The notes below the pieces were generated by a model that searched no databases, had not been told where the DNA came from, and saw only the letters and a program-made list of their open reading frames with translations. 64,000 bases of DNA from Eledone cirrhosa (lineage: Eukaryota), in contig OZ024745.1 in assembly GCA_964016885.1 (NCBI GenBank), positions 122,884,001-122,948,000 on the forward strand, read 5' to 3'. Made by a program: the position numbers and the translations under genes. Positions 1 to 12,297 of the stretch are shown here, piece after piece (position 1 is the stretch's first letter; every line of letters begins with the position of its first letter).

Positions 1-565
1 CTAGAAAAATATTCTATGATCTGATACTAGAATCTTAGAACAAAACTGGATGAGGAGAAATATCAAATGATTTTAAGTACTTATACATTCCTTTTGAAAA
101 ATAACAAGGTGAATGTGCTTTGTAAGTTTGCTTTCGGTTATTAATTAAAAACCTCGCTTGCAGCAATTCTATCCAAGTTTTCTTAATGATGTCTCTACCA
201 CTTTTACTGGACAATATATCTGAACTACTTTGTAATATACATTAGTGCATCTGTACCATCACCGAACATCTTACATGGCATGACTCTTGGCTATTGTTCT
301 AACTCACTGCATGTGGCACAGAACTAGATTAATAGAATCTGTGATTTCAGTGTATTTACCAGCACAGACAGTAAAAGATATGCTGTATTCAGAAAGAAAT
401 AGAAAACTCTTCTTTCAGTTTTATCAAGAATTTAGCTTGCTAAATCTGAAATTTTTGGTATCATTATAAAGTCAACTATAAAATAATTTGATACAAATCC
501 ACTGAAAACAAGGACATTTTATTGTTGATGGAACTTGCAGCAAACCCTTGAGGATATAAGACAAT

Positions 566-900
566 TCCTCCTCCTCCTCCCCCATCCTCCTCCTCCTCCC
601 CCATCCTCCTCCTCATTGTCCCCTTCTTCTTCTTCTTCTTCTTCTTCTTCTTCTTCTTCTTCTTCTTCTTCTTCTTCTTCTTCCTGAGAGGGTCGTGGAA
701 GCAGAGTCCTCAAACACTCCTTCCAGTGGGTCCTGTCAGAAGCCAACTGATCCAGCTGGATTCTCAAGCGAGACCAAGCTTATGGATGTTATCCAACCAT
801 CTTGGTTGTGGTCTACCCCTGGGTCTCCTGCCAGTTGGTTTTGCCCATAAAATCTGTCCAGCGATTCTTTCCTGAAACATTCTAATCACATGCCCATAGT
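566..900 (-). mobile_element. RTE-clade LINE 3'-terminal fragment with (GAA)n/(GGA)n tail
   Basis: Minus strand reads YGHVIRMFQERIAGQILWAKPTGRRPRGRPQPRWLDNI...DRTHWKECL, the typical RTE C-terminus (GH..R, RGRP..W.D, DR..W). It is followed by a (GAA)n tail at about 625-685. Confidence 0.75.
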
Positions 901-926
901 TAATAGACATTCTTCGTTAATAGACA

Positions 927-2005
927 TTCTTCTCAGTGTTTTGGTGCTCCCCTTCTGTTATATCGTCAAAACTGCTTACAGACTAACTTTCATGAGCCGG
1001 TTGACTGTTTTCCACTGGAATAAGAGGTTCCAGGAGGGCAGGGAGAAAGTGAGGAATAACAAGAGGTGTGGCAGGGAGAGGGACATCAGGATGCCAAAGT
1101 TTGGTCGACAAAATTCACATATTTCTGGACGAGAACAATCTTGCATCTCTACTGACACTTGCTAAACAATTTGAAGTGGCTGAAGGTACTGTGCACAGAG
1201 TCATTCATGGTGATCTGAACATGCACAAAATATGTGCAAAGTTTGTTCCCAGAGTGCTCAATGAAGATCAAAATCAAAGGCAGAGGCACATTGATGACAG
1301 CAGGGAGATGGTCAAATGGATTGCTTCAAATCCAAGTGTTCTTGAGTCTCTGGTAACCTGTGACAAGAGCTGGGTCTACTGTTATGATCCAGAGACCAAG
1401 AGACAGAGTGCCCAGTGGAAACATTCTGATTCTCCAAAACCCAAGAAGGCAAGGCAAAGCAGATCCACTGGGAAGCTCATGATGATTCCATTCTTCGACA
1501 GCAAGGGCGTCATCTACATCTACTGGGTCCCCCACAGCCAGACTGTCAAAAAAGAGTACTAGGTTTTGAGGTTTTGAGGCAGTTAAGAAAAAGGTTTCGT
1601 CACAAGAGACCAGAACTCTTCAAGTCTGGTCAGTGGCACCTGCACCAGGACAATGCCTCCCTGCCACAAATCCATTCTGGTGACCAACTACTTGGCCAAT
1701 ATGGGGATCAAGACTGTCTCTCCTCCCCCATACAGTCCAGACTTAGCCCCATACAACTTCTGCATGTTCCCAAAGCTGAAAAAGAAGCTTGAGGATGTGG
1801 AGGAGATGAAGGTGGCTTTGACATGCACCGTGTACAATTTCACTTTGGAGGACTACAAGCGATCCTTTGAGATATTGCTGGAGTCCTACAACAAGTACAT
1901 TGAAGTTGGAGGATCCTACTTTGAGGGAGACAAGAGCTTTTTGTTGATGTGAGGTAAATAAATGTCTCTCTGATAAAAGTCTCAAAACCTCTTGAGTGTA
2001 CCTCA
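927..2005 (+). pseudogene. Degenerate mariner transposon (broken D,D34D transposase, right TIR retained, left end missing)
   Basis: ORF pieces 1068-1562, 1574-1792 and 1653-1952 give HTH, CAKFVPRVL (WVPHEL-like), VTCDKSWVYCYDPET, HQDNA and PPYSPDLAPYNF. They contain stops and frameshifts, and the third Asp is changed to Asn. The element ends ...TTGAGTGTACCTCA followed by TA. Confidence 0.9.
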
Positions 2006-2529
2006 TATATATGTGAGTTTGTGTATGTGTGTTTGTCTCTTTGTCTATGTCTCAAACCTGTAACAAGTCAAATATTTAATAGCATGTTTAAAATATAAAA
2101 TAGCATCTTTGTGTTATTATATATACTTGCCTCTTTTTCTTTTATTATTATTTTACATTTTTATATCTGCTTTTTTTAATGAAATTTTCAAATTTTGTGT
2201 TTTGTTGGGAAAATTCTTTGGGGCATATATGATGTTATTATGTTTATAGCTAACACTTTTTATCACTATTCCAGAAAAAGAAGTGATACTAAAACACATG
2301 TAAAAGAACTTTTACAAAAATATGAAATATAGAAATATTCAAGGACAAATCTTATTTTCCTACCTCAAGGTAAACAAGGTGGACAGTCAAATGTTCCATA
2401 ATAAATACAACAAAACTAAAAACTAAACTCCCTTTCTCTTAAATTCAATCAAACATTAAAAATACAGAACTTCCATTAAAATGTATTAAACATATCTGTC
2501 CACCTCAGATAACAACAACAACAATAATA

Positions 2530-3853
2530 ATTGTTTCTACTATTGGCACAAGGCCAGCAATTAGCCAGTGCATTACTGGTACTTTATTTTATCAACCCCG
2601 TAAGGATGAAAGGCAAAGTTAACCTCGGCGGGATTTGAACTCAGAACACAAAAGGCCATAACTCTATGCTGCAAAGCATGGTGTCTGACGCTCTACTGCC
2701 TTTGATAATAATAATGGTTTCTCATATAGGCACAAGGCCAGTAATTTGGGGGGAGGGGAAAGTCAATTAAATCGACCCCAGTGCGTGACTGGTACTTTAT
2801 TTTATCGACCCCGTAAGGATGACAGGCAAAGTTAACCTGGGCGGGATTTGAGCTCAGATCATAAAGAGCCGTAACTCTATGCTGCAAAACATGGCGTCTG
2901 ACGCTCTACTGCCTTTGATAATAATAATGGTTTGTGATTTAGGCACAAGGCCAACAATTTTGAGAGAGAGGAAAGTCGATTAAATCGACCCCAGTGCATG
3001 ACTGGTATTTTATTTTATCGATCCCCTTAAGGATGAAAGGTAAAGCTAACCTCGGCGAGATTTGAACTCAGAACGTAAAGGGCCGTAACTCTGTGTTGCG
3101 AAGCAAAGTGTCTGGCACTCTGATAATGATAATAATTGTTTCTACTTTTGGCACAAGACCAGCAATTAAGCAGTGTATTACTGGTACTTTATTTTATCGA
3201 CCCCGTAAGGATGAAAGGCAAAATTAACCTCAGCGGGATTTGAACTCAGATCATAAAGGGACGTAACTATGTGCTGCAAAGCATGGCGTCCAACCTTCTA
3301 CCGATACTGCCAATCCACCGCCATTCCAATAATAATAATAATAATGGTTTCTTATATAGGCACAAGGCCAGTAATTTGAGGGGAGGGGAAAGTCGATTAA
3401 ATCGACCCCAGTGCGTGACTGGTACTTTATTTTATCGACCCCGTAAGGATGAAAGGCAAAGTTAACCTCGGCGGGATTTGAGCTCAGATCATAAAGGGCC
3501 GTAACTCTATGCTGCAAAGCATGGCGTCCGACCCTCTATCGATACTGCCAATCCACCGCCATTCCAATAATAATAATAATAATTGTTTCTACTTTTGGCA
3601 CAAGGCCAGCAATTAGCCAGTGCATTACTGGTACTTTATTTTTTATCGACCCCGTAAGGATGAAAGGCAAAGTTAACCTAGGCGGGATTTGAACTCAGAA
3701 TGGCAAGGGCCGTAACTCTATGCATCAAAGCATGGCATCCAACCCTCTACCGATACTGCCAATTCACCGCCCTAGTAATAATAATAATGGTTTCTAATTG
3801 GTTTATAATCAGGCACAAGGCCAGCAATTACCCAGTGCATTACTAGTACTTTT
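2530..3853 (-). mobile_element. Tandem cluster of about 7 copies of tRNA-derived SINE family A (Meta-domain-like core, (ATT)n tail)
   Basis: Repeated 170-220 bp units separated by (TAA)n. On the minus strand: A box TGGCAGTATCGG, B box GAGTTCAAATCC and core GCCTTTCATCCTTACGGGGTCGATAAAATAAAGTACCAG. Confidence 0.9.
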
Positions 3854-5862
3854 AGGGGAGGAAGTAACACATGATTATATAGACACTTGTACAGGCGGTT
3901 TGTGGCTGAAGAACAAATAAAAAATATATGTGAACATAAATACATAAATACATTTGTCTGGACTTTTAGGGAGTTTGTGAAAGCAATACATGGATTTAAC
4001 TTACAGGTATACATAGCAGTGGGATTAAAATGTTATTACAATAACTATTAAAGACCCTCTTGTCTTGAAATTCATCAGAATGGAAGAAATATCTTATTAT
4101 AAGTTATATATTGAATATTCTCTGTCTTGAGGTAACATTAAATGGACAGTAGCGATGTTAGTTACTTATAAGTTGGGAATTCCATTGCATGCAGGTAATA
4201 ATTATGTGAAATTCCTAAAAATGTAAGCTTCATTTTTTTTCACACATTATTGTCGTATCTTTTGACAAGTTTGTTTTTATTTATAGAAAGAAACATTCTC
4301 ATGATACAGAATAAACCAATAACAAGAGGAATAAAAGGAATCTTTCCATAAATAATGTGATTCTCGCATTAAAAGCAAGAATCACATCAGTTCTGTAGCA
4401 TCTGGCTTGCATCAGAGATTATATTCCCAACAGTTATTTCCATTCAATCAAATTATATTTTCTTGAACAGAACATTCTCTGAGTACCAAACTTTAATTTA
4501 TTCAATAAAAAAATGGCAGGCGACAAAGAATAAATAAAGAAACAAAATAAAATAAAGAATAATAAAATTATCCTTGAGGTTTGTCTTGAAATAATCTCAA
4601 ACTTAATGTCTTTTGCATATATTTATAAAAATAAATAAAGGAAAAACAATGAAAATTTACAACATTGGAGAGAAAACATTTTTTTTTTACATTTAGAAAA
4701 ACAAAATGTAAAATTTCTACTCTATTTTTTTGGCTGTTTTATATTGATTTTCTCTGTATTCATTTTTAATGATCTCATCAGTCACAAAGTGTATATTTTC
4801 ACTTTCTGAGGTCATACATCTGTCATTTCAATTACATCAAAATCTATGCTTTCGATTTCATCAGCCATAACGCTAGTATTTTCGAATTCATCGGTCATAT
4901 TGTTAGAATTTTCAATTTTCAATTTGATCATGAAGTTATGAAAAGGAAAAAAAAATATTTTCACTGCTTACAAGGTTTACACTATTGATCTAATCAATAA
5001 CACTGTCTACCATGTATTGATTCTTTGGTCTCAGTGCTGACAAATTACTGATTTTTACGAAGTGTAATATTTAACAACTTTATCACATACAGTTCAATAA
5101 CAATTTTCTCATAGAAACTTCTACAATAAATAAGATTTAATTAATGAGGCTTGAACAATAGCTGGTGCTAGAGAGCTGTAGCAGATAATATTCAGTTGCT
5201 TTGGTAGTTTAATGTTCTCAATTGAAATAGCCTCCTTTCATCATTTAGCTTTGTAGTCTAAAGTAACTAGTCAGATTTGTTAATAAGAAGAATAGGCCAC
5301 TGTTCTTCTTTTAAGAAGCTATAGAAGTTTACAAATACTCAAAGACTGCCCTCAATTCAAATATTGCAGTCTATAAGAAGCAATGATTGCTCAGGGTTAA
5401 CTTTTCAAATAAGATGATAAACTTATGATAAATTTAATCATTTATATTTGTGAGTCACTATAGATAACAAACATAACCCAGCTCTTTACAAAAATAATTT
5501 AACAGTAGAATAACTGGAATAAATGATTTAAAGCTTCATAAATCTACTTTTGTAGAAACTTTCATCAATTAATCTTTCATGTACATTGACGAATAGACAA
5601 AGCAAACTACCTAGAGAAGGGTCATTTTATATAAAGATATGGTAGAAAAAGTTCATCAGAGCACTTTCTCTGCAAATCTTGAGTTTCTTTGTGTGATACT
5701 TGATGATGTTCATAAGAGAGAAAATGCATTTCAACTGTGGTCTTCACATATCTGGCAAAGGAAGGCTATCTGCTTTTCTTTGCAAATGAATTCATGGGTT
5801 AATCTTGCCATTAAATTTGGCTGGTAGCTGGATCCATTCCAAATGTAATAATAGCTGTTTAA

Positions 5863-6025
5863 CCCTTTAGCATTTAAACTGGCCTGTAACTGGCTGCTCA
5901 TACTTATGTTAAGGTATTGTTCTCAAAATATATAATATAAAAATCTCATAGATTCGATATTATGTGAGATAAAGCCTTTACTGTGAAAACAATAGTAAAT
6001 ATAGAGTAATGTAAATGCTGAAGGG
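5863..6025. mobile_element. piggyBac-like MITE (family C)
   Basis: TTAA-CCCTTTAGCATT...AATGCTGAAGGG-TTAA. Related copies at 14167, 22768, 38280 and 58590, with partial copies at 43968 and 61168. Confidence 0.8.
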
Positions 6026-6662
6026 TTAATATATACCCACAAATCAGCAATGTGCAGGCATTGAACAAGTAAATACCATATGGGTTCATTATCCTACACT
6101 CATCTCAGACAAGTCTGGTTGCTGGTGATTCCAGCACAGTCAAACTTATAGCAAGACAGTCAGCAGTGAAATAAAAAGGTGTATAATAAATCAGGTGTTT
6201 TGATTGAAAACAAACTTAGGAATTTATTAAGTCAAGTGACAAGAATGGCTGATGCAGAATATGGGACAAAGGTGTGAGCAGGTCAGTAGGAAATAATGTT
6301 CAAGTCCATGAGTGTTGCAAATATTAGCTTTTAGTTACTCACGTTGAAGAATTAAAGACCTTGCTTCATATATAAGAATAATGTCCTAAGTTGCTGATGG
6401 CGATAGAAGGAGAACTTGGCAGGCTTGAAAAACTAGCAGCAACTAAACTGTTCAGTTTAAGTATTCATGAAGATGTGTCAGCCTCAGTACATGCCAACAT
6501 ATCACTAGCCACGGATTCAACACTTTGTGACCTTCTAAATTGAAAATTAAACTGTTAATCATATACTAAATCCTATCCCTAAATTTATATTAAGGTAAAG
6601 GGATTTACTATATGATTAAGTAAGACTTGAGACTTACTCAAAATATGTTACTCAAGTAATTC

Positions 6663-6905
6663 CATCATCATCATCATCACCGTTTTACGTCCATTCTTCC
6701 ATGCTAGCTTGGGTTAGACAGGTTGTCCTGTTGTGGGCAATGCCAGATCAGGTGACCATGCCTTGCTCATATGGAACTGATTTTGGCTTGATTTTTACAG
6801 CTGAATGCCCTTCCAACCTCATTTACAGTGAGTACTGGGTGCTTTTTTACTGTGGTGCCTACACGGATACTTTACAGTGCAGACTGGGTGCTTTTTTGTC
6901 ATAGG
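6663..6905 (-). mobile_element. SINE family B 3' part with (GAT)n tail
   Basis: Matches the 3' half of the copies at 9942 and 15372, including the CCATGCTAGC/GGACGTAAAACG tail. Confidence 0.75.
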
Positions 6906-7698
6906 GTGGGGGCATACTATCTATATGTTTCAGCTTTGGCTTGTAACTGTGGGAAGTCGGGTCTTCAGTATTACTGCATAATGCCAGAGGCCTCGATCCC
7001 GTGTCTCAAATAATCTACTTGGTTACAAAACGTTTTCAATGTAACATTGCAAATATCAGGTTTTTAACATGTAATATTCTCTGTTAATTATATACTAAAT
7101 CCCTCAGTTTATATCCCAATACGACTTGAGTCTTACTTGAAATAAGTTACTTATGTATTTTATTTCAAATAAGTTGCTTGTTTACGAAATGTTTCCAATT
7201 TAGCTTTGGAAATATTAGATCTATGTGGGATAGGTTCTTAACTATTAGTAAAACTTTAAATGTCAAATTCTATAACTTTTGTAAACTTGATGACAAGATT
7301 TTATATGACAAGATGGTTTAGAAAAAATTTTTTTGAAATGATTAGGATTCAATTAAAATTCCACATAGTATTTCTTTTCTGTTTTTCTTTACAACTATAT
7401 GTCAGTGTGTTTGTTACAAATCCTATCATTATTTTTGTCATCAGCTACAAATTATATTTGTCCACTCCTCTCTGTACCTCTGAACATTTTCCAGTTGTAA
7501 ACAGCCATTGCTGTAATTTAAACAGTTTTATATAACTTAGTTTGGAATACACTTTACAAGAGAATTCTGCACTTAGCAGGAATTAGTATGAATAAATCTT
7601 AATTCTGTTTTCTTCATCCCCACCAAATTCTTCACCACCTCTCCATGTTTTAATTCTATTCTGTCTTCTTACATTTTCCTTTCTCTTCATTCTTTCTT

Positions 7699-7748
<50 letters not shown>

Positions 7749-8958
7749 CGTTCTCTCTCTCTCTCTCTCTATCTCTTTTTTTTCTCTCTCTCGTTCGCTC
7801 TCTCTCTCTCTCTCTCAGTGTGTATATATGTGCATTTATTTTCTCAAACCTGTAACTACGAATACGTTTCTCTTCTCCAAGTAAATACTTTTGAATTTTG
7901 AATAAATGTTCACTTTCTCTCCACCATCTTTCTTGTTTTGTTTTTTTTTGCTTGTTGTTAATTGTTTCACTTTAGCTCTCAACTCTTTTTTATTCCCCCT
8001 AAGACTATTTTTATTCTTCTCTAATTCTATATTTTTTTCAAGGTCACTTTTATTCATTTGTAGTCAGGTTTGAGAGATTTTTGCCGTCTTCATAAGCCAC
8101 CACTTTTCTCTATCTTTATCTCTCTTTCAATCACACACATTTCCTTGCATTGTCTTCTCCAAGATCTTTTCCCATGGCACTAAAATAATTTTCACGTTGT
8201 TTTTCCATTTTGGTTTTTCTTTGGAAACCTTCATACATTTTCTTCAAATTTTTTCACAGATTTCACTTATTTTCTTTCCTATTTTGGTTTAGTGTTCAAA
8301 ATTTTAATAATTTCATCTGTAAAACGTTTTGTATTTTGCATTTTAAACCAGTATTCAGTCCATATTTTATATGTCTGATATTCTTGATAAAAAGATTATA
8401 AAACATCAAAGTTATTTTGTGTATATATTATGTTGAGTTTATAACATATACGAGTAGATATTTGCTGTTATGCCTATGTTTATGCTCTGCATAAACAATT
8501 ATAAGATTATCCCCTTCCAATATAAAGTTGTATTAAACTTAAAATATGAATTGAAAGTCCAAGTTACCCAAACATAAATCACAGAATCTCTGTTTAAATT
8601 AGTGAATCATTTTGATATAGATAAGCATGCACATATATAATATATATATATAATAATATTAACAAAAATTGCTGGTATAAATACAGCATCCTTTGGCCAG
8701 CGTCTAAGTTACTCAACAAATCTAGTGAATTGCTATGATGCAGCTGCACACATTTAGTTTTACTGTAGAGTGTTGGCTGTGTTTTTAATTAGAGATAGAT
8801 GTTAATATATATATATATATAAAGAGAGAGAGAGAGAGATGCATATGATGTGATGTAATAGATATTGTGTACTTTATTGTGGCAATAGCACTAGGGAAGT
8901 TATCATAAATTTAAGCTAAATGAAGAGCCATGTCAACCCTTTGCTATATATATATATA

Positions 8959-9104
8959 TTTCACCGTATTTTTTGACTAAAGAAATTTTAGTCTGATAAT
9001 GGGGTTTAGAACCCTCAGGTCAATACTCATCTTTTTCCATTTATCTGAGGGTTCTAAACCCCATTATCAGACTAAAATTTCTTTAGTCATAAAATACGGT
9101 GAAA
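8959..9104. repeat. Fold-back inverted repeat, 60-bp arms, 26-nt loop
   Basis: 8959-9018 is the reverse complement of 9045-9104 with 1 mismatch. An unfolded copy of the same unit lies at 53820-53958. Confidence 0.9.
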
Positions 9105-9206
9105 GCTATTCTATTTTCCAATTTTAAACCTGCTCACTGTTTCAAAACATATTTATGTATATCATCATTTCATCATTTCATTTTATGTCCGCTTTTTCCC
9201 TGCTTG

Positions 9207-9322
9207 GGAAAAGAGTCAGGACCCTGCCAGCTGAGCTCTGGCCGTTTTGATGGCTAGATCCAAACTAAGTCAGCAGTATTAGGACGGTGGCAATCTAGCT
9301 GAACTTATCAATGGGTACAGTC
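9207..9322 (-). mobile_element. Penelope-like LTR fragment with decayed hammerhead (family D; other copies at 41531, 47380, 55619)
   Basis: Minus strand: CCCA-TTGATAA-gttcAGCTAGAT...ATCTAGC-catc-AAAAC-GGC...GGGTCCTGACTCTTTTCC, a CpG-decayed version of CTGATGA...GAAACGGC..GCCGTC. Confidence 0.55.
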
Positions 9323-9491
9323 CATATATGGGCATGTAGTCAAAACAAAAAAAGCAGAAATGTCAAAGCTAATAATCCTAAAAATATGTTGTTTTTCTTG
9401 CCTGTCATGGGGAGTGGTCATTGATCTGGGATGTCATGTACATGGTTAAATTCCTTCATAGCAGGGGGGGGGGGCGCTTAACTATATATAG

Positions 9492-9761
9492 CACTGTAAA
9501 GTGGTTATGATAGCAACATGACAAAAAAGCCAGTCCACACTGTAAAGTGGTTATGTAGGTGTCATGACAAAAAGCGCCAAGTACTCAATGTAAATGAAGT
9601 TGGTGCTAGAAAGAACATCCAGCTGTAGAAAGCAAATAAAAATCGGTTCTGTATGAGCAAGACATGGTCACCTCACCTGGCATTGCTCAAAACAGGATAA
9701 CTCGCCTAACCCATGCCAGCATGGAAAAATGAATGTTAAACGGTGATGATGATAATGATGA
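9492..9761 (+). mobile_element. SINE family B, diverged 3' part
   Basis: Two 48-bp internal units, CATCCAGCTGTAGAAA, CCATGCCAGCATGGAAAAATG and a (GAT)n tail. Confidence 0.7.
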
Positions 9762-9911
9762 TATATATATATATGTGTATCCCAATTTCAATCGGGGGTA
9801 ACCACAGTAAGTAAGGTACTCAATACATAGCAGAGTATAAATATTTAATATAGAAATGGCTTCTACAGGACTGGAACTATTTCATCATCAGACATACATT
9901 TGATATATATA

Positions 9912-9941
<30 letters not shown>

Positions 9942-9942
<1 letters not shown>

Positions 9943-10334
9943 CATCATCATCATCACCGTTTTACGTCCATTCTTCCATGCTAGCACGGGTTAGACAGGT
10001 TGTCCTGTTGAGAGCAGTGTCCGGTCGGCTGAACTTGTCTTGCTCATACAGAACTGATTCTGGCTTGATTTCTACAGCTGGATGCCCTTCCTAACACCAA
10101 CCTCATTTACAGTGAGTGCTGGGTGCATTTTTGCCGTGGCACTTCCACGACCACTTTGCAGTGGAATGATAGGGACCCCAGTTCCTATCATCTCATTTCT
10201 ACAGCTGAGTAAACTGGAGCAATGTGAAATAAAGTGTCTTGCTCAAGGAAACAACACATCAGCGGGTCCAAGAATTGAAGTCACACCCTTTCGATTGCAA
10301 GCCCAGTGCTCTAACCACTAAGCCATGCACCTTC
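9942..10334 (-). mobile_element. Full-length SINE family B (tRNA head, CORE-like domain, RTE-like tail)
   Basis: Minus strand: TGGCTTAGTGG A box, CCTTGAGCAAGACACTTTA CORE-like segment, GTTAGGAAGGGCATCCAGC and a (GAT)n tail, all within (TA)n. Confidence 0.85.
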
Positions 10335-10338
10335 ATTT

Positions 10339-10385
<47 letters not shown>

Positions 10386-11345
10386 TGATTTTGTGTCAAT
10401 CGATCACCAATACTTTGTTATAACCAGTCTATTCATCAGAGCATGCGAGAATGAAGGATATACACACTACTATATATAGTAGTGGCATTAAATCAGAACA
10501 ATAATAACAATACTCAAATAAGTTAGCTAGATAGTAAATAGGTAAAACAATCACAACATCAATAGTATCCGTAAGTAATAGTATTCATCATGTTCTCTAT
10601 ATATACCTCGCTTTATTTACTACTGTATTACCTTATTGCCTCCATTGTTGTTGTAATTGTTGTCTTATTCGTACACGATTTATTATTGATGCTGTGAAAC
10701 CTAAACCCCCATGATTCGAACTAACAATCCATACATCTAATATAGGCCACTTAAATAACAAATCTACAACTCCACTTTACACCACATAAAAAATTATCAT
10801 CCTTACAACAATGAAAATATTTTATCTGTCAAATAATAAATAAATCTTCAACTTATGGCCAGAAAACCTACAGTAAAGCAGATAGTCTATAATTCCAGGC
10901 CCCAAGTTATCTCTTTGCCACCTCTGCACTATATCTGGTGTACCCCCATGACAGCTTTCACATGTCAATTTCATACATCTGTATCGTATCAGTTCGTTTT
11001 ACATGTTAAGGTCATCATGATACTATATTTCTTACTTAGATTGATGTTGTGATTGTTTTACCTATTTACTATCTAGCTAATTTATTTGAGTATTGTTATT
11101 ATTGTTCTGATGTAATGCCACTACTATATATATAGTATCCATGCCTGTGTATATCCTTCATTCTCGCATGGTCTGATAAATAGACTGGTTATAACAAAGT
11201 ATTGGTGATCAATTGACACAAAATCAGGTGGGTAGCGATCTCTAGACCTACCAGTTCAGAGAAACAATTGTCAGCAATGTGAATAAAGCCCTTATTGTAT
11301 AGCAAACCATGTTGTCACTCTTCTTTCTTGATTTATTATTACTCT
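10386..11345. mobile_element. Penelope-like remnant with inverted ~200-bp LTR arms and a split hammerhead
   Basis: About 10386-10590 is inverted relative to about 11016-11226. The right copy continues into GAAAC-AATT-GTC-AGCA (11261-11276), AATAAA and then (TA)n. Confidence 0.65.
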
Positions 11346-11349
11346 ATAC

Positions 11350-11381
<32 letters not shown>

Positions 11382-11494
11382 CAAATGTATATATATATAT
11401 ATCAAATGTATATATATTTATATATATATGTATATATATATATACATATATAAGACCCGTCCCACCCTTGCAAGCAGGGAAAAGCGGACGTAAA

Positions 11495-11561
<67 letters not shown>

Positions 11562-11564
<3 letters not shown>

Positions 11565-11939
11565 GATATTAAACAAATGGAAACTACATTTATAAAACCA
11601 TATTTATTTCATTATATATATTTCAGGGATATCATATTAAAAATATGGTATGCCCTCTTCAGACAAAATACAATATATAAACAGTTTTATAAATAAATTT
11701 GACATACCTTAAAACTTTACAACTTCCATTTAAAAAGTTGTTATGGTTTTAAAAAGTTGTTATGGTTTTAAATGGAAGTTGTAAAGTTTTAAGGTATGTC
11801 AAATTTATTTATAAAACTGTTTATATATTGTATTTTGTCTGAAGAGGGCATACCATATTTTTAATATGATATCCCTGAAATATATACAATGAAATAAATA
11901 TGGTTTTATAAATGTAGTTTCCATTTGTTTAATATCGTA
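11562..11939. repeat. Near-perfect palindrome, ~170-bp arms, carrying hammerhead motifs in both arms
   Basis: 11562-11733 is the reverse complement of 11767-11939. The loop contains a duplicated AAAAAGTTGTTATGGTTTT. Confidence 0.92.
11605..11670 (-). ncRNA. Type I hammerhead ribozyme motif (core intact)
   Basis: Minus strand: UAUUUUGU-CUGAAGA-GGGCAUACCAUAUU uuu AAUAUGAUAUCCCU-GAAA-U AUAU A-UA-AUGAAAUA. Stem I is 8 bp with 2 wobbles; the cleavage triplet is AUA. Confidence 0.7.
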
Positions 11940-12023
11940 AAATACTCCAAAACTTGTTGAGTGCTTTTATATCAGTTATAAAATATTTACTCGTTGTAAC
12001 CCAACAATTTTAAATAAAACTTT

Positions 12024-12067
<44 letters not shown>

Positions 12068-12080
12068 TATCAAATCTATG

Positions 12081-12146
<66 letters not shown>

Positions 12147-12297
12147 GGAAAAAATGAAACAAAATTTCATTTCTCACTCTTAGTACGGCTGCTACTTAAA
12201 TATAAGTATGTATACGTACATACATATATGTATACAGACGTACAGTAGTATGTATATATATATACATACATTCACACATATATATATGTAGGTATGG

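Noticed and set aside
2530-3853. SINE family A as a passenger of the Dong-like LINE, or as tRNA genes
   Set aside because: Its sense tail is (ATT)n rather than (TAA)n, it shares no 3' sequence with the LINE UTR, and the heads do not form full cloverleaves.
4775-4935. Minus-strand CTGATGAAATCGAAA and a short acidic ORF
   Set aside because: There is no room for stem II and no stem I; the 39-aa ORF lacks splice signals.
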